From Octopus bimaculoides (lineage: Eukaryota): 53,296 nucleotides of DNA. Within the stretch, counting starts at the first letter, position 1. Each line of letters starts with the position of its first letter. This document shows positions 21,880 to 35,026 of the stretch, one piece after another. Location of the stretch: the NCBI RefSeq assembly GCF_001194135.2, contig NC_068995.1, positions 36,285,157-36,338,452 of the forward strand, given 5' to 3'. The notes under the pieces were generated by a model. It did not search any database. It was not told where the DNA came from and was given only the letters and a program-made list of their open reading frames with translations. A program made the translations under genes and the position numbers.

Positions 21880-23015
21880 TCTTTTCTATAACGTTATTCA
21901 ATAAAGCCACCTTCAGCTTCAATAACTGCTTCTATATGAGATCTAAATCATCTACATGCTCGAATCAAGTGGTCCTGGTTCATTTTGGACATTACTTTGA
22001 CTATGGCAGCTTTCATAAAATTTTTGGTGTTATGGACTGGTTCTGACTTCTCTCTCAACAACATTCCACATGTAATAGTCCAATGGATTGAGACCTGGGA
22101 AATTAGAAGGCCAAATGTTAGGGGTTATGTGATCATGAAAATTTTCAGCCATCCATTCCTGTGTTATTAGAGCCATGTGCGTTAGTGCAGAGTCTTACCA
22201 AAACACATGGCCTTTCATTGCATACACTGTCTATCCAGGGCTTAACAGTTATTTCCAGGACCTCAGTGTAGGTGGCAGAGTTAACTCTAAAGTCTTGTGG
22301 AAAGAAGTAAGCAGGCATCACATGTCCTTCATTGCTAAAACTATGACAGTTGCAGGAAATTTTGTATGCATAACACCTGGAACTTCAGAAGGGTCTGCAC
22401 ATAACCATCTGTCATTTCTTCTGTTAACTTTTTTGATTTTGGTCAAAGTTTTTCTTGTTTGAGAAGAACAAAATCAAATCTTCTTCTGCTGGGTTTTTCA
22501 GTTTGTTTAAGAGCCTTTTAGATCTGATGTAGTGATTTTCTTTTGCTTTTTTGGACAAATTGACCTTTCCTCATCATATAAGACTTGATGTCTTCGTGGA
22601 CAACATTTCTGACTATTCCTTCTGACACATGGAAATGTTTGCTATTGACCTCATGGACTTTCTGGGATTGTAATCAATGGTCTGTTGAACTTGCTTGATA
22701 AATTCAGGTGTTCTGATGATTTCAGAGCATTTAGAATGCTTTTTATTCTTTGACACTGGTGATACATTTCGATCTTCAGTCTCTAAGCTCCTTACAAACT
22801 TTGTAGATGAAAGATCTGGCAACTTTTAAAATTCGAGACATTTCTATATCATTATGCTCAGCCTTTATAACCACAATAACAGCATGTCCCTTCATTTCTT
22901 GAGTAAGCTGAGGGTCTGCCATTATAATTTTCTGAAACAAAGATTATACAGAGTTAGTAAAAATTGCAGCAATGATCCAAAAAGGTACTTCCTCAGATAC
23001 CTTACACACCCTCTG
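21880..23015 (-). mobile_element. maT (DD37D) Tc1/mariner-superfamily transposon, decayed
   Basis: D codons at 22194-22192 (DSALTH) and 22080-22078 (LNPLDYYMW) are separated by 37 residues (counted); FFSDEKNF-like first D region; terminus TA|CAGAGGGTG at 23015. Confidence 0.85.
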
Positions 23016-23109
23016 TATATGATGCATTAAATGTTTATGAATTCTATCCAAGGATTATTGTTATGATTATTATTATGATATATAAATATATATGTGTGTG
23101 TGTGTGTGT

Positions 23110-23157
<48 letters not shown>

Positions 23158-23231
23158 GTATATGTGTATGTATGTTAGGGAGGGGGATGTATGTGTCTGT
23201 GTGTGTACTTATGTATGTATATATATATACA

Positions 23232-23277
<46 letters not shown>

Positions 23278-23667
23278 TGTGTGTGTGTTTGTGTGTGTGT
23301 GTCCGTGTCTTTGTGTCTGTGTTTATCCCCCACTACTGCTAAGTACCAGGTTTAAAAAAATAAGATAAGTACTGGGGTTGAATCGTTTGACTAAAAATTC
23401 TTCGAAGCAGTGCCCCAGCATGGCCACACTCTAATGATTGAAACAAGTAAACCATAAAAGATAAAAGACAAACACATAAACCCATAAACAAACTACCAAT
23501 GACTAATGTGATTAGTATTTTGTATATAAATTTGACTACTAAAGCTGTTATGTTGGTATGACACTCCTACCATGCATTTACATAGAAGAGCAATTATAAT
23601 GCACTGCAGTATGCATTACAAACCAAAACTAAATAATAAAACTTAGGTAGGCAATACATATACAGTC

Positions 23668-24053
23668 TTAGGAGAGTGGGTTATATATCATTAGATATAC
23701 ACCTAACTTTCCTATATTAAATTAGAAGTGAACTGAACGCAGAAACTCCAAACTGATCAACAACAACAAATATTTATTGGTCGGTGGAAAATAAAACAGC
23801 TTCCAATTGTCCGGTTTTAGAGTAGCCTGAAATGTAGATGTACGGTTCCTCGAGCTGGTGTCGTTGTAGAGACAACTTGGTTCAACCACACTCAAATGGG
23901 AGAGCTTGCTTAGACGTCTTGCTTGGTCGCTGTCAGGCCTGGTAAAGAGACAGTCTAATAGCGGGAACGCTTCGATGTTGAAACCCACGCATGCGTGGTT
24001 AAGGATTCAGCAATGGCGACTATTCCTTTTGGCGCCAATATGACGTCACTACA
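23668..24053 (-). mobile_element. Solo LTR (candidate)
   Basis: Minus 5' end TGTAGTG; CpG-rich U3-like region with CRE, E2F-like and NRF1-like motifs; AATAAA at 23777-23772; 5-bp direct repeat CAGTC at 23663-23667 and 24054-24058; the other terminus is imperfect (TTAGG for TGTAGG). Confidence 0.55.
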
Positions 24054-24417
24054 CAGTCTACAGAATTCCCCACAAAAAAAGATGATTAATCATAGAAGCA
24101 ATACTCATATAACAGAACAATGCTAAAGCAAATACACAAACATCCCCTAATCACAAATAAATACATAAGCGGTGATGTACAAATCAAATGGTCAATATCC
24201 AATTTCATTGGTGTTGTCTACACCAATCACATCGTCCCTCTCTACTATGAATAGGCAGCAATATATACTAGTATCACTTCATCATGAAGATAAGACTGTG
24301 AGGTCTAGAAATGTGGGTTATGAATTTAGAAACCTTGCTGTTTTTATGAAACTGCAAGAAACTCGTATGGAAATATAGGAGAAAAAATTTACTTTATAAT
24401 ATGTCCAAGTAATTGGA

Positions 24418-25014
24418 CAGGTGTGAGTGTTTGATAAGGAGCTTGCTTCCTAACCACATGGTTTCAGATTCACTCCCTCTGAATGGCATCTTAGGCAAGT
24501 GTCTTCTACAATAGCAATGGGCGGACCAAAGCTTTGAGTCAATTTGGTCAACAGAAACTGAAAGAAGCCCATCGTTGCATATATAAATATATTTACATAT
24601 GTATTTGTCCTGCACCACTGCTTGACAACCAGTGTTGATATGTTTACATCCCTGAAACTTAGCGATTCAGCAAAGGACATCAAAAAAATAAGTACCAGGC
24701 TTACAAAAGAAAAGTACTGGGGTCAATTCTTTCAACTAAGAAATCTTCAAGGCAGTGCTCCAGCATGGTCACAGTTTAATCACTGAAACAAATTAAAAGA
24801 TAAAAGATAAACAATGCAAAAATGTTTTGAGGTGTTTGAGGCGCAGGAGTGGCTGTGTGGTAAGCAGCTTGCTTACCAACCACATGGTTCCGGGTTCCGT
24901 CCCACTGCGTGACACCTTGGGCAAGTGTGTTCTACTATAGCCTCGGGCCAACCAAAGCCTTGTGAGTGGATTTGGTAGACGGAAACTGAAAGAAGCCCAT
25001 CGTATATATGTGTG

Positions 25015-25052
<38 letters not shown>

Positions 25053-25135
25053 TCCCCGTAAACTAGCAGTTCGGCAAAAAGTGAACGATAGAATAAGTAC
25101 TATCAAATAACTGAAACAAGTAAAGGAATAAAAGA
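24418..25135 (+). mobile_element. Two tandem type A SINEs (24418-24810, 24839-25135)
   Basis: Heads, CTTGGGCAAGTG core-like box, central (TG)n and aaaga-type tails. Confidence 0.85.
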
Positions 25136-25283
25136 ATATCCTAACACAGAGAGAGAAGTGTTTATATTTATTTTACTTATTTTAAGCCCGTTAAAGTATG
25201 AAAATATTTATAGTGGGTTAGAAGTTCAGTAAATAATAACAGTGCCATGTGTCGTTCTTAATGTATATACACTGTTAAAGCGG

Positions 25284-25490
25284 CAAGCTGGTAGAATCAT
25301 TAGTATGCCAGACAAAATGCTTAGTGATATTTTGTTCATCTTCACTTACGAAATTCAAATTCTGCTGAGTGTGACTTTGCCTTTCATCTCTTCAAGGCCA
25401 ATAAATTAAGTACCAGTTATATACTGGAGTCAATGTAACTGACTTACCCTTCACCTAAAATTGCTGGCCCTTGCCAAAATTTGCAACCGA
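25284..25490 (+). mobile_element. SINE type B
   Basis: aagcggcaagctggtagaatcattag...gactttgcctttcatc...taagtaccagtt. Confidence 0.75.
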
Positions 25491-25500
25491 TGTATGTATG

Positions 25501-25533
<33 letters not shown>

Positions 25534-27082
25534 NNNNNNNNNNNNNNNNNNNNNNNNNNNNNNNNNNNNNNNNNNNNNNNNNNNNNNNNNNNNNNNNNNN
25601 NNNNNNNNNNNNNNNNNNNNNNNNNNNNNNNNNNNNNNNNNNNNNNNNNNNNNNNNNNNNNNNNNNNNNNNNNNNNNNNNNNNNNNNNNNNNNNNNNNNN
25701 NNNNNNNNNNNNNNNNNNNNNNNNNNNNNNNNNNNNNNNNNNNNNNNNNNNNNNNNNNNNNNNNNNNNNNNNNNNNNNNNNNNNNNNNNNNNNNNNNNNN
25801 NNNNNNNNNNNNNNNNNNNNNNNNNNNNNNNNNNNNNNNNNNNNNNNNNNNNNNNNNNNNNNNNNNNNNNNNNNNNNNNNNNNNNNNNNNNNNNNNNNNN
25901 NNNNNNNNNNNNNNNNNNNNNNNNNNNNNNNNNNNNNNNNNNNNNNNNNNNNNNNNNNNNNNNNNNNNNNNNNNNNNNNNNNNNNNNNNNNNNNNNNNNN
26001 NNNNNNNNNNNNNNNNNNNNNNNNNNNNNNNNNTAGTTGAATTTCAGCCTCTTTGTGCCTCCTCAGTGACATGTACTCTGTGCATTAAAAATTCAATGAA
26101 TTTCTTTCATAAAACTGAAGCAGAATATCTCACTAGCCAATTTTTTGATTTAACCAACTAAAGAAAAATACATAGAATGAAGGTAGTCATTGATTACTGT
26201 CTTGAATGAAAAAGGAGAATTTTCCAACTGGCAAAAAAAAACCTTTGCTATAAAGACAAGTTGTTGAGAGAGAGAAATATAGCGAGAGAGAGATAGTATG
26301 TGACAAAGAAAGAATTAAAATTTGTTTCAAAAAAAGAAAAACATAAAACAGGTTGTTGTTGAGCCTAGCAATGTGATCATTGCAGTAGGTTTCTACTGAA
26401 TGATCGATTTCATCTTGACCAGGTTGTTACCTGGCAGCATAGTAATCGTTTACTTATCAAAAGAATCTATTGCCTAAGACATTCACCATTAACATCATCC
26501 AATACTCGCATTTCCATGTTTGTGTGGGTCAGATGGAATTTATTGAGGTAGATTTTCTTTGGCCAAACATGTTTTTCCTCATTGCCTGTAATTATTTATT
26601 TGTTTATAAAGATCCAAGTATGGTCCTTAACAGCATAAGAAAATTTACCAGAAATTTTCTGAAAAAATATGGAGAAATTATTTAAGTTAAATAGGTGCAG
26701 GTGTTGGTGTGTGTTTATGAAACATTGCTTGTATGACAGCAACTATCACATGATATCATGACAAGAGCAAATCACACACACACATGTGCACACACACACA
26801 CACACACACATACATGCATACATATATACATACCTGTATATCCACACACACACACACACACACATATATATGGTTTGTTTTGATCCTCTATTCGTGTTTA
26901 GTGCTTAACTGATGTTTGGAGATGTTGGAAGCATTGATACCTAAATGTTGAATGATGAAAATGAGTGTTCAACACCGCACTGGTCGCTTTAATTCACAAA
27001 TAAAGAAATTCTACCCACCAATGCAGTGTTGAGCACTCATTTTCACTGTTCGACATTTACATACATACATACATAACATATA

Positions 27083-27434
27083 TCATCATCATCATCGTCG
27101 TTGTTTAACGTCTGCTTTCCATGCTAGCATGGGTTGGACGATTTGACCGAGGACTGGTGAAACCAGATGGTTACACCAGGCTCCAATCTGATTTGGCAGA
27201 GTTTCTACAGCTGGATGCCCTTCCTAACGCCAACCACTCCGAGAGTGTAGTGGGTGCTTTTACGAGCCACCGGCACGAAGGCCAGTCAGGCGGTACTGGC
27301 AACAGCTACGCTTGAAATGGTGTATTCGACGTGCCACCTGCACAGCAGCCAGTTCAGCGGCACTGGCAACGATCACACTCGGACGGTGCTCTTAGTGTTC
27401 CACTGGTACAGGTGCCATCACGATATATAAATAA

Positions 27435-27477
<43 letters not shown>

Positions 27478-27750
27478 NNNNNNNNNNNNNNNNNNNNNNN
27501 NNNNNNNNNNNNNNNNNNNNNNNNNNNNNNNNNNNNATACATACATACATACATACATACATACATACATACACATAAAATGTACCTACACCCCACTCTG
27601 TAAAGTGATTGGCATTAGGATGAACATCCAGCTGTAGAAACCATACCACAACTGACAATTGGAGTCTACACAGCTCCCTGACTGGCCAACTTCCATCAAA
27701 CCATCCAAGCTGTGCCAGTATGGAAAACGGACGTTAAATGATGATGATGA
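27083..27750. mobile_element. Two oppositely oriented (ATG)n-tailed RTE 3'-end copies (27083-27420 minus, 27580-27750 plus)
   Basis: (CAT)n tail on the left, (GAT)n tail on the right, shared ggcattagga..catccagctgtagaaa motif. Confidence 0.8.
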
Positions 27751-28533
27751 TATGTATGTATGTATGTATGTATGCATGTATGTATGTATGCTAAAGGATT
27801 CTTTCAGTTTTCTGTCTACCAAATCCATTCACAAGGTTTTGGTCAATCTGGAACTATATTAGAAGACACTTGCCCAAGGCGCTACATGCAGTGGGACCTG
27901 AGATCACATCATTAAGATGCAAGTTTCATAAACATAAAACAACATCTGCCCCTATTATACATAAATAATTTCTCCACCATTTTTCAGAAAATTTGTGGGA
28001 TGTTTATAAACAAATAATTAATTACAGACAATGTTATGTTCTTTTTAACTGTTTGAACAGAATGGTATAATAATATCCTGTTTAATTTAATGCTTAGGTA
28101 ATTAATGCAATGATTTCAGAGCAAGCACTCATTGGTGTACAAAACCAAGACAATTGACACAATGAAAGAGAGATCCATTGTTTTTCTTTTGTAAGTAGAC
28201 TATCATGACTTTTAGATGTGTTGACACATGTACTGTACTGGCTGTTTTAAAGTCATACTTTAACTGTATGTGTGCATGTTTGAAGCTCTTACGTTTAAAT
28301 ACTTCCAATTGTTTGTAAATTACTACTGTGTGGTAAGAAGTTTCCTTTCTAACCACATGTTTCTGAGTTCAATGCTACTGCATAGCAGTGCCTTCTACTA
28401 TAACAGCGCTGAGTGGACCAAAGCTTTGTGAGAGGATTTTCTAGACGGAAACTGAAAGAAGTGTGGCACATGAGTGTGTGTGTGCTTGAGTTTATCTCTC
28501 ACTGACGCTTGACAAGTAGTGTTTGTTTATATA

Positions 28534-29628
28534 CTGAGTCATCTCATAAATAATGCAGTTTTTTATACTTCTTTTATTTTTCAAAGATAAGATACACAAA
28601 GTTCTTTTTTAATCTAAAATATACTCTCCTTCATTTTCTACAATGCTCTTCCATCTATCTGGTATACTTGGAAGGCCCCTCTTCCAAAATTCTCTTGTCC
28701 ATGACGAAAAATACAGCTCCAGTACTGTTCTGCCTTCGTCTACAGACGTCATATCTTTTCTGTCCAAATCATTTTGAAGAATGTGGAATAAACGATAATC
28801 AGATCTCCTTTGTTATTGTTTGGTTTGGGTTTAAAAGTTCAAAGTGGACTAAACCTTTCATATCCACCAAACAGATAACAACACCTTTCGTGGGCAAAGA
28901 CCTTTAGTCTGGGGAGCCGGTGTTTCTCAATTTCCTACCCACTGTCTTCAGCATTTGACATTTTTATCGAGAACCCATTTCCCGTCACCAGTTACTATTC
29001 AGTCCAGAAAAGGTTCATTCATGAGACATGACAGCAAAGAAGAACACACATTCACTCTCTGCACACAATCAGACTTGGAAAGTTTGTGAGGAATCCAATG
29101 ACCCAATTTGCTGACTTTTCTGATGACACACAGGTGTTGATGAATGGTTGAATAACCAAATCCAAGCTTCTCTGCTGGTTCTTCAATAGTTACAATGGGA
29201 TTTTATTCCACCAGGGTTTGCAGGACATCCTCGTCGAGCTCTATAGATCTTCCAGGACAAGGCTCGTCTTCTAGGCTGTAGTTTCTGGCTTGGAATATCT
29301 GGAACCACTGTTGACACTGGCTTACACTTATTGTCCAATCCCCATATACTGCATTAATATTTGTTGCACTTTCTGTTGCATTGTTCCCTTTATTGAACTC
29401 ATAAAGCGAAATATGCTGAATATGCTCCTTTGTCACTTTCATTATAGCTTTGAAAAAATAATTGTTAAAATCGATCTGCCCTCTTCAAAACTTGCACTAA
29501 GAATAAGGACAAGGTAAAATTACTACCTGCTTTTATAGCAAGTTAGTACAGGTAGTTTATCCCATCCCCCTCTGACTTTTAGTTCATGCAATTTAAGGAA
29601 AAAACACATTATTTATGGGATGACCCAG
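28534..29628 (-). mobile_element. Internally deleted mariner with both TIRs
   Basis: TIRs ctgagtcatctcataaataatg / cattatttatgggatgacccag; N-terminal ORF 29442-29203 (HISLYEFNKGNNA...WFQIF..LEDEPCPGR). Confidence 0.9.
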
Positions 29629-30019
29629 AAATACTAACTTAGTGGTTCAGTATATGAAACTCATACAAGAAATACCAGGTTTAAATAAAGATGTTCTGGG
29701 ATTGATTGTTTCTGCTAAAACCCATCAAGACACTGTCCCTGCATTGCTACAGTCTAAAGACTAAAGTGAGTAAAAGACAAAATAGTACAAACGTTGGTAT
29801 TGTTTGCAATATAGGTTTCATTAGCTAAGTATGGAAGTCATAAATGAAAGAAGGGGTAGTTAAAGTCAAGTGAATCACCTTCAACATATTATTGACACTA
29901 CAATTTTCCCTCCTTCCTTAGGCCCCTACTTACAAAGTAAAGAAAAAACACACACACATACACACACACAAATATACATATGCCTATCTATGTCAAAATT
30001 CTAATTCCAGAAAGAATTC

Positions 30020-30600
30020 AGAATCTGTTGGCAAACAAGGACAATTTGAACAGAAAGTCATGTTGTGTGTTTGGTGAAATTTCGAGGGGCTGTTGCACTT
30101 TGAGCCTGTCCCAGATAGTCATAACATGAATGCTAACCTTTATGCTTAACAACTGCAATGAGTATATGATGCTTCGAAAGCTCGCTACCCAGCATTGTTC
30201 AATCAAAGCTGTGCACTCCTACAGTATGACAATATCCCAACACACACTGGCACTGTGACCAAGTGCAAACTTGAAAAACTTGAGGAGCTGTATGTATGGC
30301 CTTACTCTGCCTACGGTTGAGATTTTATACCATCTGATAACTGCCTTTTCTAAGCCATGGCTCATTTCCTGCATGGACAGAGGTTCAGCAATGTGGATGA
30401 GGTTGAAAACAGGTGCAGAAATTTTTTGCCTCTAAACCAGCCAAACAGTATCAGCATGGAATTGAGCTACTATCTCAACAATGGCAATAGACAATAGAAT
30501 TTGGTGGGGATTATTTAGATGCATAAATGCTTTTTGTATGTAATTTGTTTGACCTATGAATTAAAACCTAAAATACAAAAAAACTTCTGACTCAACCTGG
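30020..30600 (+). mobile_element. Mariner C-terminal half; a second fragment of the same family at 31372-31525
   Basis: KVMLCVW, YDNIPTH and PSDN motifs in decayed frames; terminus caacctgg|TA. Confidence 0.75.
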
Positions 30601-30869
30601 TACACACACAAACTCGTGCACGTGTGTGCTTGTGTGTCTATGTAAACAGTACAGTATAAAATAGTGTAGTTGTGTCAAGTTACATCTCTTTGTTAAAAGG
30701 TATTTTATCAATGCAATAAAAGTACATGTATATGAGTACCAACAATTTTTTTTACTTTAGTGATTTCTCAAGAAACTATAAAAGATCAGGAATTCACGCT
30801 TTTATAGACTAATTGTTATGTCATTTAAATTAATAACATTGAGCCAAGATTCCATTCGTCATTGGTAGC

Positions 30870-31270
30870 AATTAAATCTAAGGGTTGTTGTTGGCACTCC
30901 GTCACTTACGACGTCGAGATTCCAGTTGATCTGATCAATGGAACAGCCTGCTCGTGAAATTAACGTGCAAGTGGCTGAGCACTCCACAGACACGTGTACC
31001 CTTAACGTAGTTCTCGGGGATATTCAGCGTGACACAGAGTGTAACAACACTGACCCTTTGAATTACTGGCACAACAGAAACAGGAAGTAAGAGTGAGAGA
31101 AAGTTGTGGTGAAAGAGTACAGTAGGGTTCGCCACCATCCCCTGCCAGAGCCTCGTGGAGCTTTAGGTGTTTTCACTCAATAAACACTCTCAACGCCCAG
31201 TCTGCGAATCGAAACCACGATCCTATGACCGCGAATACGCTGCCCTAACCACTGGGCCATTGCACCTCCA
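30870..31270 (-). mobile_element. tRNA-headed SINE type C, near full length
   Basis: Head GTGGAGGTGCAATGGCCCAGTGGTTAGG...GGTTTCGATT; (AAC)n tail; CpGs retained. A related head lies at 36216-36100. Confidence 0.75.
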
Positions 31271-31779
31271 CAAATTTAAGGGTTCAAAATTACTAATGGT
31301 ACAGGAGTGTCACCAATATCCTATTAGTTCCTTACCTATACAAATGAACCATTCTCCATCTTTCTCCTATCAAACAAGGACAATTTGAACAGAAGGTCAT
31401 GTCGTGTGTTTGGTGAAATTTTAAGGAGATGTTGCACTTTGAGCTTGTCCCAGATGATCATGTTGTGAATGTTAACCTTTATGCTCATCAACTGCAGCAA
31501 GTATATGATGCTTTGAAAGCTGAATGAATGAATGAGAGATATTCTGGGCTTTAATGAAGGTATGACAGAACATCATCATTACCATCACCCCCCCCCCCCC
31601 ATCATCATCATCATCATCATTTCAATGTCCACTTTTCTGTACTGGAATGGGTTGGATGGAATTTGTTGAGGTGAATTTTTCTACAAATGGATGTGCTTCC
31701 TGTTGCCAATCATTACTGCTTTGCAAGGAAGGCAATATATTCCCATGACTGCTCTGATGGATGTGCAATGTTAGTGTGC

Positions 31780-32625
31780 ATGTGCAACAAAGTACAAATG
31801 TGCTGAAAGGAAAATTTGGCAGAAGAGACATCAGAAAGAGAAGACTGCACTAGTGTGGTCATATGATGCAGATGGATGAGGACAGCTGCACAAAGAAGTG
31901 TCAATCACTAAAAGTGGGAGGAACCTGTGGGAGAAGAAGACCTAGGAAGATGTGAGATGAAGATGTTGAGCCTTTCAGGGATAATGGGGCACCACAATAA
32001 ATGTGAGATGCTGTGCTTAAGAAGACCCATCCACCTCAGCAGGATTGGGGTTCTATCAAGCCTTCCCCAACAACTCATCTTCTGACATTCAGTCTTCTAT
32101 CAATCTTCAATGTTGCCCTTTTTCTTCCCTTCACTTCCTCTCTGCTGATTTAATATCTTCTGTATCCACCTCATTCCCTATCTTTAATCATCTGTCACAC
32201 TATTTTCACCATGTACACATCCATCTTTTCTACTCCCCTATTCTATTCTGTCTCTTATTCATCTTGTACCTGGACCTTACATCTCTTTCTCACTTTCTAG
32301 GTAAGCATGCCATGTATTCACCTCTTCAGCAAGACATTTGCTCCTGTTCATTTTCCCCATAGTTTCTTATCCCTTCGCACTATACCCCACCCCACTCAGT
32401 TGAGGGGTCTTATCTTGCAGGTGTTTGGTGAAGTCACCAGTGCCACACACAAACAAAGCACCCAGTACACTATGTTAAGTGGTTGTTGTGAGGAAGGGCA
32501 TCCAGATGTAGAAATTATGTCAAAGCAGAAAAAGAACATGGCACAGTCCTCTGGCCCATCTGATCTAGTCAAACTATCCAACCCAAACCAGCATAGAAAA
32601 GAGGATGTTAAACGATGGTGATATG
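31780..32625 (+). mobile_element. RTE LINE 3' end: ORF tail, 3' UTR and (ATG)n terminus
   Basis: KRRLH*CGHMMQMDEDSCTKKC...GRRRPRKM* is contiguous with the 3' UTR and the gaggaagggcatccag...gttaaacgatg terminus. Confidence 0.75.
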
Positions 32626-33784
32626 ATTGTCTTCTTTCAGTTTCTGTCAACTAAATTCCACATGAGGCTATATTCTTTTATTCTTTTAGAAGTTACTTGT
32701 CCTAGATGTCACATGACTTTGGTTGGCACAGAGCTATAGTAGAAGACACTTGTCCAAGATCTCATGATTTTCCCAAAATGCCACTCTCACTTGCCCAAGG
32801 TGTCACACATGCTTGTCCAAGGTGCCAAAAGTTATAAAATATTTTGTTTCTACTTAAAACAATGAGCTATTGAAAGAGATTCTATAAAATATTAAATACA
32901 ATGTTGTGTTACTTTTGGTGCTTTTGAGGACACCAAAACAAAGAATTACCCAAGGAGATATTTCAATAAAAGCGGTTGGCAAAATCATTAGAGCACTAGG
33001 ACAATCATGCCGTACAATTTACTGACTACCCTTTACATCTGAGTTCAAACCCTGGTGAGATCAACGTTGCTTTTCATCATTTCAGTGTCAATAAAAAAAA
33101 AGTACCAGATAAATACCGAGTTGACTAAATATTTTTGTAAAGGCAAATGGATTATTATAGAAAACTAAAACGACAATAAGTAGATAGATAAATAAACAAA
33201 TAAATAAATAAATAAATAAGGTGGTGCCTGACACAGAAGTGCATAGCATTTAAGAAGCATTTGATGATCCGGTGATTTCTTGTCGTCATCATTAATTGGC
33301 GGTTAGGATGACAGTCGGAAGTAGGTGTCCGTGTCATTATCACCAGCAATCAGTTGAGTAATGGCGAAAATATTTACAACAATTACAGTATTAGACTCTC
33401 TCTCCCTCGTTCACTCTCTCTCTCTCTTTCTTTCTTTCTTTTTATCTCAACCTCTCTCAAACAGAATTGCGTGTAGAGTGAGATGTTCTGTTCGATATGA
33501 GACACAAATGGATGGTAACAGGTGGTGTGTTACCATTCATTCATGTAGTCTGTTAACCACAACAACTACGACAATTACAACAGCTTTGATATCGATATAA
33601 GAGGAAAGGAAAAATGAAACCGATAGTCATTATGATGATGTCAATACAACAACAATAACAACAAAAATAACATTTATTGTCTATCAAGATTTCGTAAACC
33701 TATATTGTGTCTTTCAACCAGTGAAATAGCATAGATTAGAAGATAAAAAGCAAGAGACAGAATTAGTCATTCGAGTCGATATTA

Positions 33785-33815
<31 letters not shown>

Positions 33816-33837
33816 TGTTGTTGTTGTTGTTACTCAC

Positions 33838-33879
33838 CTCTTCTCCCCTCTCTGTACTTTTGCGCAAATGTAACAGCAT
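33838..33879 (-). CDS. Candidate 14-codon first coding exon (MLLHLRKSTERGEE)
   Basis: AAAATC-ATG at 33879 and a strong donor GAG|GTGAGT at 33838/33837 (phase 0) inside a CpG-retaining, non-repeat island (about 33240-34280). No downstream partner exon identified. Confidence 0.35.
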
Positions 33880-34282
33880 GATTTTATGTAAAGCCATTTC
33901 CGTGAATTAATTGTATGACAGCTGATTTGTATTGTGCGCGAGCGTGTATGTATTCGTTTTTGAAATAACATATAAGAAGACCTATATTTTCGATATTTGA
34001 ATAGATATGTGTAATTGACAAGAAAATAAATATAGCAATCGAATGATTTTTCCTAAAAACTCAATACTTATCTCTACAACTACTATAATCTCGCCCACTC
34101 ACAAAAAACAAAACAGCGGGATTTTGTCTTTCGTAATATATCTATTATTTTTCTTTACCTTCAATGATGTATTAAAAAAAATCATTATTTATAACTCTAT
34201 ACTTTGTGGAAGTTTATATCTAAACAAAATGACACTAGGGCAGACAGGTGGCATCTCCATAAAGAGATTCGAAAGGCACAGA

Positions 34283-34540
34283 CGTGACTGAGGTAAGAAG
34301 TTTGCTTTCTAACCATATGGTTCTGGGTTGACTCCTACTGTGTGGCACCTTGGGCAAGTGTTTTCTGCTATGTCTATACAACAGGCTTCTTTCAGTTGCC
34401 GTCTACCAAATCCACTTACAAAGCTTTGGTCAGCCTGAGGCTATAGTAGAAGACACTTGCCCAAGGTGCCACACGGTGGGACTGAATCTGGAACCATGTG
34501 GTTGGGAAGCAAACTTCTTACCACACACCCACACCTGCAC
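34283..34540. mobile_element. Inverted pair of type A SINE heads
   Basis: Plus head at 34283-34370 and minus head at 34437-34540, about 70 nt apart. Confidence 0.8.
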
Positions 34541-34571
34541 TTATATATATTTTTGAAATTATAGAAAATTT

Positions 34572-35026
34572 TGTATTGAAGTGAGTCATGTCTGTGAAAA
34601 ACCTTATTGCAGCACAAGCAGTCAGCGCCATATTGGATGCGACCTCGCCGGCAGCCATTGCCATCTCCGAGACTGGAGCGAGATCACACCTGCATCCATT
34701 TGCCATGCACAACGAGGTTCGCAATGGCAAACTGGATATAAGGGCCCAACAAACAGATTCTATCTCTTCTTCACCACAAGCGCTTGCTGAACACACATAT
34801 TCGTGGGCTGGGTCTCCAGGCTAGACCTGTCTGCACGTCGTATCTCCAGAGGTAATGGGCCCATGTTAACGGAGATACAACGAGACGCACACAGCGTGAG
34901 ATGGTCAACTGAGAGCGACACACTCCATTTACTGTGTAACGATGTAAATAAAACTCGTTGTGAATTTGCATTTCCACTTGAGACTTCTTTCCTCACCTGC
35001 TGGAGCCTGAAACAACACAACGGACA
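34572..35026 (+). mobile_element. Solo LTR (candidate, Ty3/gypsy-like)
   Basis: TGT...ACA termini, 4-bp direct repeat ATTT (34568-34571, 35027-35030), CpG-rich body, TATA-like GGATATAAG near 34735 and AATAAA near 34947. Confidence 0.55.

Noticed and set aside
24278-24320. CATGAAGA-TAAGAC..GTCTA-GAAATG plus-strand hammerhead-like trace
   Set aside because: Several core changes and no cleavage triplet or stem I; at best a very old remnant.
26470-26685. 71-aa ORF as a host exon
   Set aside because: Overlaps a decayed copy of the RTE-tail-like repeat (tccatg..gggtcagatgg..).
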